Source: Sminthopsis crassicaudata
Lineage: Eukaryota
Assembly (NCBI RefSeq): GCF_048593235.1
Contig: NC_133618.1
Coordinates: 576,370,889-576,434,888 of the forward strand
Length of the DNA: 64,000 bases
Direction: 5' to 3'
Positions 1-13,900 of this stretch are shown one piece after another (positions within the stretch are counted from its first letter, which is position 1; every line of letters begins with the position of its first letter). A program made the translations under genes and the position numbers. The notes below the pieces were generated by a model. The model worked only from the letters and a program-made list of their open reading frames with translations, was not told where the DNA came from and made no database searches.

Positions 1-1339
1 GAGGGTTGCACACTACAATGCCAAGCTGAGGGGCAGGAGTGGAGAGAGCATAATACTGTAGAGGGGCTTCGGAATAGGGATTTTTTTCAGAATATCTTAC
101 ATAAAGTTGAATTTGCAAAATACAACTTTATAGAAAGAGGAGTGGGAGAAATGAATGGTAAGGTGGTTGTGAATAGAGAAAAAGACCATTTTCAATATAT
201 TTCCAAATTTTCCTCATCTTATATCAAACATTGGCTGCCATTTAAATGAGATTTTAAAAAATACATTCTTATGCAAACGTCTGTAGATCCAAAAAAGCAA
301 TTCACGTGGTTAAACCTTAGCAATTGAAAAGTCTTTTTTACCCAGTGACCCAGAACACCAGATTATAGGAGTCATTGCAATACAATAAAAAGAGCTCTGA
401 GTTGGGAATTGACTCTTGTACAATTTTAGCCATAACTAGCTGAGTGACATTGGATCCCCTCTAGACCAAGTTTTTCTCATGATAAAATTGATATGTAAAT
501 TCTCTTTTAATATTAATATTCTATAGCTATAATTTTGTAAGCACCTTAAAAGTTCAGATCTCTATCCTTTCCATGTGCCCTATAAGTAAATACATTGGAG
601 TTAATACATAATAAAAATTAACCCATTATTTGGGCTTCGAAGGTTTGACAACTTCTAATTAGTTATATGTGCATTCAATTTCAAAGTAATGTATATAGAG
701 AGATAATTATCTTGGAACTCAATAGGTTTCCAACTATAGCTTCCTAACTTATAACCTCTTCCATCATTCATTTTATCAGCTCTGTTCTCATTAGGATCTG
801 CAGTTATCTGACACTCCCTAATTTGCTCAATTCTAACCACTTTAACCATATTAGATATCCTACTCAGAGTAGATGCTATGTTCAACCACTTTAATGATGC
901 CCTTAATTAACATTCTGGATCCTCTTGGCCCTTTAAGCTGTAATTAATAATGGCCATGTATGGATCATTCTGACCATCTATGTTTTTCATTCCTCCTTTT
1001 GACCTGCAAAATGTCACTGGAAAAAAATTACAGACAGTGGATAAACATGGGCAGCAACAAATCCTGTTTAATTTCAGTTAGTAGATACTTATTGCTATGT
1101 TCATTGTTCCTGTTTTTCATCTCCCATAGATTCTTTAGCATTTATTCCTACCAGTGGCTATTCTCAAAAATATTGTTAGTTATGATGGTGGTTGGCAGTA
1201 GTAGTGTAAATATTATTCACTTTTTTCAAATTTTCACTTTCACCATTTTTTAATACATAGCAATTATAGTGATCTTTACTAAGAAAATCTAGATTCCCCA
1301 GGTGGGAACTCATTCATCTAATTCCTTTTTGCTTCAACT

Positions 1340-1655
1340 TATTTTTTTTTTCTTTTTTTCTTTCTGCCTCAAAAAAAAAGTGAGGCATTTCCATATTCCA
1401 GTATAACTCTTGTTGCTTTTATACTATTCCCTTTTGCTTTCTTGACCTTGTTTTCTCACAAAATTTCTTTTTTTTTCCTTAATAGTATTTTACTTTTCCA
1501 AATATATGTAAAGATATTTTTCAACATTCATTTTTGTAAGACTTTGTGTTCAAAACTTTTCTCCCTACTTCCCTCTTCTCCCAGACAGCAAACAATCCAA
1601 TGTAGGTAATAATGTGCAGTTCTTTTAAACATATTTCCATATTTGTCATATTAGT
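1340..1655 (-). mobile_element. L1 3'-end fragments (marsupial type), approximate bounds
   Basis: T-rich tail and TTTTTCAACATTCATTTTTGTAAGA...AGACAGCAA...AATC motif, also present in the L1 at ~9060. Confidence 0.6.
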
Positions 1656-1689
1656 TTACCAAATTTCTGACTCTTGCATCTTAAGGCAA

Positions 1690-4200
1690 TAAGGTTATTA
1701 TAGTTGATGAACGTGCTAGGCCTGGAGTCAGGAAGAATTGAGTTCAACTGTGGCCTCAGACATTTACTTACTTTGTGACCTTGGAAAATTTTTTTGCTTC
1801 AATTTTCTCAGCTGTAAAATGGGATAATAATAGTACCTGCCTCAAAAGGTTGGAGTGAAGATCAAATGAGATCATATTTTCAAAGTGCTTTGTAAGGAGC
1901 CTGGCACATAATAAGTTAGATATAAATACTGCCTACTACTATTATTAATTTTCATATTTATTCCTTTGCCTTCTAACTGCCATTCTGTTTTTCTCCCTTT
2001 TACAGTCAAACTGGCTTCTAACGAATTCTGATCTTCAGTTCTCTGCCTTCTTCCAGGATCTTCTCTTCCCAATTCATCATATTCATCAGTGTCTGATGAA
2101 TTTTCTTATTACTCCTTTGCTCAAAAACTCTTTTTAGCTCTCATTATCTTACAGGCAATAAGGTCCAGCTTATTAGCCTCAAGGTCCTCCATATTCTAGT
2201 CCCTTCCATAGAAAGTAGATTACATTTACTTAGAATGAACTTTGATTTTCTTCCTTCCATTCCTGCTGTTCACTCACATAGTTATTTAACTCTAGTTAAG
2301 TCCTCTTCACTTCTCAAGGTAGCTCCTAATTAATCTTTCTGCCTCCAATTCCTCATTCCAGTTGGGATGGCCACCCCCAAAATAATCTTCTATAAAACAT
2401 GAGTCTGAATGTTCTACATACATTCTCTCTCTCCCTCTCTTCTATTAGTTGTCTCCTTTCCCCCCTCTCATAAAATCCAATGATTTTTTATTAACTCTAA
2501 AGTGAAATATTAGCTCCTATTTATCAGTCAAATCTGGGCCCTGTCTTACTTTTCTGATCTCTTTATATATTATTTGCTGCAGTGCTCTTTACACTAACTA
2601 AACTGACCTTATTGTTCCATTTAACTTGCCTTTGCTCTGGCTATCTCTCTTACTTCTATAATGTACTCTTTTCTCACCTACCCTCCTTAGAATCCTGGTT
2701 CTCCTTCAAGATCCAGCTCAAATGCTGCCATCCTTGTGATTCCTTTCCTGATCAGTCCCTTCTTTCCCTTCCCCCCATATTTTCTCAGTGTTACCTTGTG
2801 TCTGTTATATAGGGGTTAGTAAATGCTTGTGTATATTCATATCTCCTCTGTTAGCATTTTAGATTTGGAGGTAAAAAGGATCTTAAATATCATCCTATCT
2901 TTTTTTTTTAAAGCCCTTAAAGTTGTGACTTAAGATTTTAAAATATTTTCTTGCAACAGCCTTGAGAATTAAATATTAGAAGTGTTATTCTCATTTTACA
3001 AGTAAGGAAACTGAGGCTGGGAGCAGTTAATTAACTTGCACAAAGTCTCTTGATGCTTGATAAGTCTCCTGATTTCAAGTCTAGTTCTCTTTTCACTTTA
3101 AAATCAGAGTTGCATCTCAGTCTCTGCCTATCAATAGTACCTATCCATCCTTCGTGACCAAACAGATGTCACCTCCAATTTAGCCTTCACTGATTGTCAC
3201 AGATACCGGTTCCCTTTTCCCTATATTTCAACCTTTCCCTTTCTGTTTCTCTCTGCCTTTCTGTTATGTCTTTAGGAGTTCTCACTTTATTGTTATCAAC
3301 TTCCCCTAATATTAGGCTTGTAATTCTCCTATTTTTTCCATCTTAGGAGCATATTCTGCTCCTTGCTGCTGTGTCTAGACTCTCCTGCCATTGTCACCTT
3401 TTTTGAGGTATACTTCATTCATCTTTATTGATTGCCCATCTAGACCGTAGAACTCTGTCCTCTGTGTTCTAGTTCTCATACTTTGGGATTTTAGTGAACA
3501 TATTGATATCCTTCTCAATTCATTATCCTACCTCTCACTTCTCGCTGTCCCTCACCTACACTATCAAATAAGAATGACATGTCATTTGTATGATCTTGCT
3601 GGAAGTTATTTCACATCCCTGAGTTTCAAATTGCTTAACTGTTAAATGAGAGGGTTGGATTAGATGTCCTCTAAGGTTTTTTTCCAGATCTAAATCTGTA
3701 ATCTTATGAATCATCATTTAGAATTGCTTGACCTCTGATTCAGAACTCTGAAATTCATCTCTCAGACAATAACCTTTTTTTCTTTCCCTCCCTTACTTCT
3801 CCTAAAGTTATTCATCTTCATTATGACTTTTATTCACTTATCCCTCTCTGCATTCCCATTTCATCTCTTCTTTCTTTGAAATCTTAACCTTATGGGTAAC
3901 CATTAACTAAACTTCTGTTGGCTTCAATTTTAGCATCTGTACAATAAGGAGATTGGATTAGATGACTTCTGAGATCCCTTCTAGTTTTAGATAAATGATT
4001 GTAAATACATTCTTCTCCCATTTCCTTAACAAGTCATTTAGCCTCTGTCTGCCTCAGTTTCCTCAATAATAAAATGAGCCTAATAATGGCACCTGTGTTT
4101 CAGGATTCTTATGGAGACCAAATTAAAAAATATTTGTAAAATGTTTTGCACAATGCTTGGCACATAGTAGATGCTTAATAAATGTTCCCTTGATGCTGTC
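1690..4200. mobile_element. Cluster of MIR/CORE-SINE fragments (about 1690-1930, 2860-3100, 3570-3720, 3890-3990, 4010-4190); others near 22530, 24200, 24700, 28760, 36050, 56000-56420, 59590 and 61300
   Basis: Recurring CORE motifs CTCAGTTTCCTCATCTGTAAAATG, GAGGAAACTGAGGC and GATGATCTCTAAGGTCCCTTC. Confidence 0.6.
2100..2830 (+). mobile_element. Degraded L2 3' fragment, approximate
   Basis: CT-rich, with L2-like CTCCTTCAAGATCCAGCTCAAATG and a TAAATGCTTG end. Confidence 0.5.
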
Positions 4201-4948
4201 ACCTTAACCCTTAACTCCCCTTTAGCTTCAACTCAGGTGTTACTTTCTATGCATTGCCTTCCTGACTCTCAAATTGTTTTTACTGTCCTCTGAAATTATT
4301 TTGAATTAACTTGATATATAATTTATATTTATTTATTTGGGGGCTTATATTTTCTCTTCCCTTACAGATTGTAATCTCCTCATTGTATAGGATGTGACTT
4401 GTTTTGTTTTTGGTCTTTATGTGCACAGTACTTCAAGTAAAGGGACTTAATGAATGCTTGCTGAATTGAATCTATAGTAACCAATAATTCCTTCTACAAT
4501 ATCCACAACATATGGCCTTTTGGGTTTTTTTGCTAGTTAAAACCTCTCTACAGTGTGTGTTTTGGGGGAAGTTGAGTACTGATATTTAGTTAAATATCAC
4601 CAATTCCTAAGTCCTCTTGAATTCGTGATATCCTCCTGGACACACTTTAGCTTGCAGAGACTTCTCCTGAACTGCATACAGTACTCTAAATATGATCTGG
4701 ATAGAGCCTAATAGAACTTTAGTGCTTTTATCTTCCACTGAATTTCACTTGTATTTTAAAGTTTATGTCACTTATGCTTACATTGTGTTATATTGTTATT
4801 TTGGATATCTTATCTTCTCAGACTTCTAGGGGGTCATTTTTTATTTATCTTTCTCTTCCTTTGCACTGCCTTGTTTCTGAAAATGACCAATAGAACTTTT
4901 GTTGAATGAATGTTACGTGTATTTCATATTTCTTTGTTCATTTTTTAG

Positions 4949-7900
4949 TAATTTTAAGGTACCACACATATCTGAAGAAAGAAAAGGTGAAAATTCTATA
5001 GCAGAAACTGTTATTTCATGTCTTCCAGAAACTAACATTTTAAATGTAGTTAAGGTAAGAAACTTGCCTTTTATCAGTTTTTTAAAAAGAGTTATTTTTG
5101 TCTTTTTGTGTTCAGTTTCAGATTTCACATGGAATAATACCCTTTCTGGAAAAAAACAGTGATAATAATAAATGATGCTTTTGCTTTGGAAGTCAGGACT
5201 TGATTAAGCAGAAATTTAGTTTTACTACTCACAACTTTATTTTGGGATCCAGCTAAGGTTCAGTATTCAAGTAAAGAACTTTGATTAATGTCATGAACTT
5301 AGGAAACTAGAGAAAGAGTTAGCAGAAATATCTTGTTTTATAATGTTTGTTCTGTCTTTATAATGATTGAATCATTGCTAAGTCCCAAAACATAGAGGAA
5401 TATTTTTTTTCTGGATATAGACTTGTAGGTAAAATATTTTTCCTTAGAAATTACATTTCATTTATTTTTGTGTGTTAAGTTTATAGGCTTGTGTACAGCT
5501 GTATACCCAGAAGGTTACACAGATCAAGAGATAATCTTGCTGCTTTTAATGTTCTTGAAAATGAGTTTGGAAAAGCACCTGAAACAGATTGCACTAGTAG
5601 ACTTTCAGAGTCTTCTCATAAACCTGTTGAAAAACATTAGAGACTGGGACACAAAGGTAAGAGATGAAACTGCTGAAGAATAATACTAGTTTGGTGTTAT
5701 AAGTGCAGAGGTTTACTTTCCGTGCAAACAGACTAAAAATGTGTTCTGTTTCCAACATATCACTTGACATTTGGCAGATGAGGATTGACTCAGACACAGA
5801 GAAAGAGACTGCATGTGTTTTATTAATATTTTAAAAGCATGAAAATTGTCCTTTTCCATAATCCTTAAGCTTCTTAAGTTTAGTACTCACTGAATTTTTA
5901 AAAACTGTTGATAACAATTTCAACAAATTATTTCCTTCATGATCCTGTATATTATACACTTAATTTACATTATTTTGTTATTTTGAGAAAAGACCTGTAA
6001 CACAGTTCACTAGATTTTAAAAGAGATGTCATCTACAATAAAGATGTCATCATGTGGTGAACAACTCTTCCTAGTGTGTCCCAAATTAAACTAAAATATA
6101 ATTGGGAAGTATTTCTCAAAATAAATAAAACATACATAATACTATTAAACTAAATCAATATGTGGCTTAGTATGTAGAGAGATCCTTATGTATACATAAG
6201 TGACTCATTTCTGTTTGAATTTCACACTAATGACCTACAACACAAAGATGAACTTCTACTATAGCTCTATAAACTCAAGTGATTTCTACCTTAGATTTGC
6301 CTTTGTTTATGTGGGAAGGCAGTTTGGGGAGTTTGCTTCTGTGAAATTCTTGGTATGGAATCACTGAAGATTACTTTGTTTTTTGAAGAGCATAAATTGA
6401 TTTAGAGAAGAAAGGAGATTTGTGTATCAGTATCACAGGTGTTGTATGGATGTAGAATTTTCATATTTATATGATCTGTGATCACAATTTGAACTAATCT
6501 GAAGGTTCAAAAATTTTCATCTTAGCAAAGAGCTCTAACTTCTCTGTAATAAGTTAATTGGAATCTTTTAAGTGCTTCTTTGTAATGTACTGATTTTAAA
6601 AGAAGAAATTTGGTATTTGCGGGGAGAAGGTTGGGAATAATAAATGTTGAGTCAATGTAAATGAACTTTCAGCTGTTTATTCTCTGCATGGTAACTATCA
6701 TGAAATTAACTCCTGTTTTATCTTTGCTTTTCAGATGCCTGAGCTCTGTATGGCTATAAGTGAGCTGTCCACTCATCATCACAATCTTCTGTGGTTGGTA
6801 CAGTTTGTCCCTAACTGGACAGCACGTGGAAGGTATTTAAAACTCTGGGGAGGAAAGGGAAAAAAAGGTTGTAATAGCATTTACATCAGAAAAGTAGAAG
6901 CTCTTTAGGAGGAGGGAATCTTTCTGTTCTTTATACTTGTCTCCCAGCTCTTGGTATTTAGTTGCTTACTAAATGCTTATTGAAAGTTCTTTCCTTTTTT
7001 CTAATTGCTTCTCATTACCTTTCAGTGATGATTGGTATTATTCTCTCTTTTTTTTTTTCACTATGATAATATATAGTACCAGCAAAAACTTGAGTTTGCT
7101 ACTTAATCTGTATTATTTACTGTCTGGACAATGGTTCTGGAAATCATTCTTGACTTTATTAAACATGGATATAAAATGTTTCCCCTCTTACATCAGTAAC
7201 GTTTATTGCTCTGTAATATACTTCTCTTGGAACTATTTTAAAATTGGATTAAATTAAGGACTATGAAAAATCATGCTTTTAAAAAATGCTCACTACCTCT
7301 TTTGCTAACCAAAAATATTGTTTAAAAACAAATGTAAAATGTACATTTTAGGCAGGTGAGACAGCATCTCAGCCTAGTGATTATTGCTAAATTTCTGGAC
7401 AAGAAACCTGAAGATATTCCAAGTACCAGTGATTTGCAGGTATGAATATCTTTTTGACTGGGTTTTGGTTTAAGGATTCACTTTAGGAATTTTAAAAGCC
7501 TGGGACTTCTTTTAATTGCTTTTCACAAGCTACTAAATAATCTTTTTAAAAACTGCTAAAATTTGGCTTTTTAATGTTGGTTAATGGTATATGCCATGAC
7601 ATAAGAATTTAACTTTACTGTCTCTTAATGATTCTAATTTGTTTTTCTTCAAGGAAACTTAAAGACATTACAGATAAAGAAATAACTCAGTAGAAAAGCA
7701 CTTAAAATTTGAAATATGTGGTATTATAGTGGTAGATCTGAGATACTTTGAGTTTGGGATATACTTCTACTTGAATTTATAATACTTTGTGACAGCTATT
7801 ATCTGCATAACTTTTAAATTATGCGTGATTGGCAGATAGTGGTGTTTGTCCCCATGGAAGAAGAAATAGGAAACAATTGGCTGGGATTCTTGTTTTTGAT

Positions 7901-10900
7901 TCTTACCCATTTTCTCTTTAAAATATTCAGGTACAGACTTAGAATCATATTAATAGTGAATTCTCAAACTTGGTAATTAGTCTTCAAATGCAAGAGTTTA
8001 GTGATGACATATTCAACCCTAAGCATTACGTCTACATTTCAGTGGTTCATTCATTACTGATTCAAAGAGCATTCATTACACCCTGAAGAAATAAGATTTT
8101 CATGTAAATGTATAAAAACTCAAAATTTTTGGCCAGCTGGCCCATTCAAAAATTTATCCTTAAATAATAAAAACCTATTTTAACAAAAAGTTTGCTGTAA
8201 GATACTAAGATCTTTTAATTAAAAGAGCGTAATCAGGAAACTCTGTGTGTGTGTGTGTATTAAAGGTAGGTATAAGAAGGAAGAGCAAGGTAATGCTACA
8301 ATACTAAAGCTTGTTTATTGGTGCCATTCTTGTAAATTAACATAAGTAATTATTCATAAAGAAACTTAAAAGAAACTTCCATTACTAATATTACTGATAA
8401 TTCATCTCCTATGCCTTTCATTTGGTAGATGTCTCTCCTTTGTCAATACCTAATGCAAATGAAGCCTTCTGATTTGTTAAGGAAAATGATAGCAAAGAAA
8501 AGAGGTGAAGAAGAGGATAACATTACCAAAAACTGTTTAAGTATAGATCTTGAGCAACAGGTATGCTTTAAGACTGGTTTATCTGATAAAATACATGTAT
8601 TATCTCCTTTTGTTGCAGAAGTGGGTGACTTTGAAAATGGAATGCTATGTATGCTGTCAGACTTGGTTGATGTGTTGTTTAGCTGAAATAGCTTTTCCAA
8701 ATCCTTTCATTCTTTATTGTGAGGAACAATTTTCTGGGTTTTAAGAAGGTTTTCATATCTACATAGAAATAATAAAGATGATGTAAAAATAAGGCATTAA
8801 TAAAATCTTATTTTGAAAGACTTAAGTTGTCTGGAAGCACATGAAAACGAGATTGACTTTTCCTTGGGCTTTTTGTAATAATAAATGAATTTCAGGAAGT
8901 TGGCCAAAAAGTGAGTCTTACTTTTCCATTTATTTCTGCTATGAAATTTTTTAATAAATTGAGTACCATAAAATCGGTGTCATTATAATTTAAAACCACA
9001 ATTCTATTTCATTTTTTTTCTTTCAAGGGTATTTTTTTTTCAATTACATGTGAAGATAGTTTTCAACATTCATTTTTGTAAGATTTTGAGTTCATTTTTT
9101 TCTCCATCTCTTCCTTATCTCTTCCCTCCCCAAGACAGCAAGTAATCTGATATGTTATATATGTACAGTTATTGTAACCATATTCTATATTAATCATATT
9201 GTAAAAGAAGAAACAATAAAAGGAAAAACCATGAAAAATAAAAAAGCAAACAAACCAAAAAAAAAAGGTGAAAATAGTGTATTTTGATCCATATTCAGTT
9301 TCCATAGTTGTCTCTTTGGATGTGGGTGGCATTTTCTATTCCATGTCTATTTGAATTGCCTTGTATCCCTGTATTGCTGAGAAGAGCTGAAGCTCTTATA
9401 GTTAGTCATCATATAATCTTGCTGTAATTGTATATATTGTTCTAATTCTGCTCACTTCATTGAGTATCAGTTCATGTAAGTCTTTTAAGGCTTTTCTGAA
9501 ATTATCCTGTTCATCATTTCTTATTAAACAGTAATATTCCATGATTTTCATATACCACAATTATTAAGCCATTCCCCAATTGATGGGCATCCATTCATTT
9601 TCCAGTTCTTTGCCACCATAAAAAAGAGCTACTACAAGCATTTTTTTATATGTGGATGCTTTTCACTCCTTTAAGATCTCTTTGGGGGACAGCTAGTGAT
9701 GAAGTGGATAAAGTACCAGCCCTGAAATCAGAAGTTCAAATGTGACCTCAGACATTTAATACTTTCTAGCTGTGTGACCCTGGGCAAATCACTTAACCCC
9801 AATTGCCTCATAGAAAAGGGGGGAAAAAAAGATCTCTTTGGGATACAGATCCAGTAGAAACACTTCTGGATCAAAGGGTATGCAGTTTTATAGCTCTTTG
9901 AGCATAATTTCAAATTACTCTCCAGAATGGCTAGATCAGTTCACAGCTTCACCAACAATCCATTAGTGTTCCAGTTTACTCACATTCCTTACAACATTTA
10001 TCATTATCTTTTCCTGTTGTCTTAGTCATTCTAATAGGGGGAAGGTGGTATCTCAAAGTTGATTGCATTTCTGTAATCAGTAGTGATTTAGAGCATTTTT
10101 TTCAATGTATGTATTTTTTTAAGTATTGTGTTTTTATCTTAAGCCAACTCTTTTTTTTTTTTTTTTTTTTTTACTCCTGACTATAACTCTTGGAATATTT
10201 ACTTTCCTTTGTTTTGGCACTCAGATATTATTTTGTTGGTAAGTAACTTCAGTGAAAACTTGACCTCATCAGTATAGGTACTCTTGCTTTTTTGCAGATT
10301 TCAATCCACCCATGCTTTCCCATTATATGGCTTTTCTTCCTTTCCTTCTATAAATATGTCAAAGTCAATTTGTACATTTCAATGGATAACATTTATTATT
10401 GCCGTGCTCTCAGATTGAAGTTCACTTAATTACATGCTATCTTTTTATCATCGCAATTATTTCTTTTATGTTTATGAATTTTTGCTTCATCAAATTTGTT
10501 GTCAGCTGTATATAGCTGATTAGGGGAATGATTCCCACATTAGTCATTTCCTACCTGTCAGAATTTAATGATTTATTTTTGTTATATTTGGTGCTTTCCA
10601 TGTCTTAACATTCCTAACACTTTTTTCAAATAAAATATTTGTGATATATAAGCATAACTCTGATCAGTCTCCTCTTTTGTTCATTGAAGTCACCAAATAT
10701 TAACATATAAGTTGATTTGATTTGGAAGATTTTATGGGATTCTTTGTAGAATTGGCCCCCTCCTCCATCTACTGTTGCCCTTAAGTTGCAATTAATATGA
10801 TTGTGATATTTTTTCCTGTTTATCTTGAGCCTTGTAGCAAAGTCCATCTCATGAAATGATGTTTCCTGTTGCCTCTTATTTACTTTTCAAAGGAGAATTT

Positions 10901-13900
10901 GTGAGCTCTATTTCCATTTAGCGGCAATTTCCTTTTGTCTTGTTTCTTTTAAGTTAAGATCATCTCAGGATAAATACAATTTAGTTCCTCTGGTAGTATG
11001 TCCATTTTTTAAATAGTAGATAAAAATCATTGTACTGTTAAAATTTATAGATTATCTAAAAATAGTATACTTCCTAGCATCTTGTTGCCCCCTTTTCTGC
11101 CTTTTGATCACTGTCACAGTTAGAAGCAGACTGGGACTACCCAAGACCGAGGGGCATTTTGTATTTGTCTTTAATTCATGGGTTTTTGCCATGGCCATGA
11201 AATTCACCACCATGGTGATTTAGATTCTCCATTCTTCTATATGCTGTTATTTGGAAAACAGGCATAGTCTATTGTCAGTATTGTGCTTTAAGTCATTCCA
11301 GCATGACAGAACCTTCCAGAGATTGTGGTCCATTGACAACTTTTAAGAAGCCAAGGTCTATACTTTTGTGTTATGAGGTGAGGTATTAGAGTAAGATTTT
11401 CTGTAACAAAGTATGAAGCCACTATCACCAACACTAAATCTCTATTTCAGCTGTAGCACTGCTTTAAGAAAGGCTTTTATTGAAGCAAGGGTAATATTTA
11501 GAAGAAATAAAATGAGCTTGTAATTAGATGTTAAACTCTTTGCTAGTAATTATAAATACAATGGAATTTGGGTAAAGGAACGATTGAAGAAAGAGTGCTT
11601 AGGTGCTGGAATAACTTAAAGAATGGATGATTGGATTTCTGACTAGAGGAAGAAAGTATTATTAAAGATAGGAGGAAGTCCCTGTGTGCCCTTTGATCCA
11701 ATAGTGCCACTATTAAATCTGGGTCCCAAAGAAATCATAAAAGAGGAAAAAGAACCCACATATGCATAAATGTTTGTAGCAATTCTTTTATATGGTAACA
11801 AGTATTGGAAAATGAGTGCATGGCTTAAAATATATATCAAAAAAAAAACCTGGAAAAATTTACAAGAACTGATGCTGAGTTGAAGCAAGCAGAACCAGGA
11901 AAACATTGTACACAACAACAACAAAATTGTGTGATGATCAACTATGTAGACTTAATTTTTATTTTCAGTAATTCAGTAATCTAAGGAAATAATAAATTTT
12001 GAATGTAGATTGAAGCATAGTATTTTCACCTTTTTTTTTTTCTCATGGTTTTTCCCTTTTGTTCTGGTCCCCCCCCCCCAACATAACTCAAGGAAATAGA
12101 TTTTTTTTAAAAAAAATCAATATACATGTATAATCTTAATTTAAAAAAAAAAAAGGATTGTGAGAATGGCAAATAAGCATAGATTGTATGCTAGAATTTG
12201 ACAAATTTGAGTACAAGTTGAGTTGCAGTAGGAAATAGAATTGAGCAGGTAAGATTATGAAGAAACATCAAAGTTTGGTAGAAATCTAAACTTAGCCATT
12301 ACAGATTATTGGGCAAAGAAATGATGATCAAATTCTTACTGTAAGAAAATTAATTTATCTTTGCAGTTGGTAGCAAGAATATAACATGGGTACCTGAACT
12401 ATGGTGGTGGTGGTAGAAATGGAAAGTGAAGGAATGAATCAAGTATTCTGAAAAAGATATTAAAATATCTGATAGGTTGACTATATGTAATGGAAAGCAA
12501 AGAATTACTTGACAACTCCAAAGTTTTTTGATTAGGAGACTAGAAATATATAGTCAGCATGACTAAAAAATAAAAGCCGGGGGCAGCTAGGTGGCACAGT
12601 GGATAGAGCACCAGCCCTGAATTCAGGAGGACCTCAGTTCAAATCTGATCTCAGACACTTAACACTTCCTAGCTGTGTGACCCTGGGCAAGTCACTTAAC
12701 CCCAGCTGGGGCGGGGGGCGGGGGGGGGGGGGGAGCGACCAAGAAATGGACCTGATGAGTTTGAAGTTAGCATATTCAGCCTCAGTCACTTAATACTTAC
12801 TAAAACTGTGTGATCCTTGCAAGTCACTTAACCCATCTTCCAAAAAGATGGCTGTCTACTTATATTTTTTAATCTTCTGACAATGTAGATTTGAGTATAC
12901 ATGAATTTAATTTTCTTAGATTGTTGTTTATCTAAATTTATCAAAGTCTGAAATTGAATTCATCTTGTATATATATATATATATATAAACCTGGTCTTCC
13001 TACAGAATTCCTTATTTCTTTTGATAAGACCACTTTTTTCCACATCCACTTATTTGTCAGTTCATCTTCTATGGTATCTTTCAGATCTGTTTCCTTCTTT
13101 TTGTTCACACTGAGTGTTCAGGTCCTCAACACTTTTTACATAGATTATTCTAATAGTCTCTTAATTGACTCTTCTACCCTGTACTCCATCTGCTACACAG
13201 CTGGCAAAATAACCTTCCTCATATACAGGCTTGGAGCTTCCTATTGTGTAGATAGGCCAAGAAGTTAGTAATTTATTGTGTCATTTAGTGTCTTCTATAG
13301 CAGGTGTCTGTGTGTATCTCTGTTTCCTTCCATTTTATTCCATTATAAAAGTAACATTTTGGTCTGTCAGACTAAATGTGTCCTTTTTTCTTTTCTTTTT
13401 TCCCCTGGACTAGAAGCACTAATTATTTTATGTTTAATCTTTTCTAGGTATATTACTTGACTTATGTGCTTCTGCACTTAGTCAATGAAGTCAGTGCCTA
13501 TTCTTTTCCTTTTCAACGAAGGGTAAGGGATCTTTATTATTTTTAATGTAGTTTTTATAAAGATAATTGGATTTGTTTTGCATGTAGAAAAACTTACCAA
13601 AAGTTAACTTAATTTGATTTGATTTTGGAGCATGAGTTTTTAACCTGGAGTAAATTTTAAATTAAAAACAAACAAAAAAAAAAACCTATTTTGATATAAT
13701 TGCTTTCTCTTGCAATCTTACATTTTTTATTTTATGCATTTAAAAATATTTTAAGATTGAATACTTGTAACCTATAGCAAATTGCTTGCTGTCTGTTGGA
13801 GGGAAAAGATGAGAGGAGAGAAAATTTTAAACTCAAATTTCTTTAAATGTTTGTTTAAAAGTAGTTTTACATATAATTGGGAGGAAAATAAAATCTCATT

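Noticed and set aside
655-1253. Short ORFs 655-885 (-) and 960-1253 (+)
   Set aside because: No recognisable protein or exon-like splice context; the region looks like decayed LINE (possibly L2) sequence.
1-4948. Search for the preceding SLF2 exon (WIPSLSD-like)
   Set aside because: Not found; it probably lies upstream of the window.
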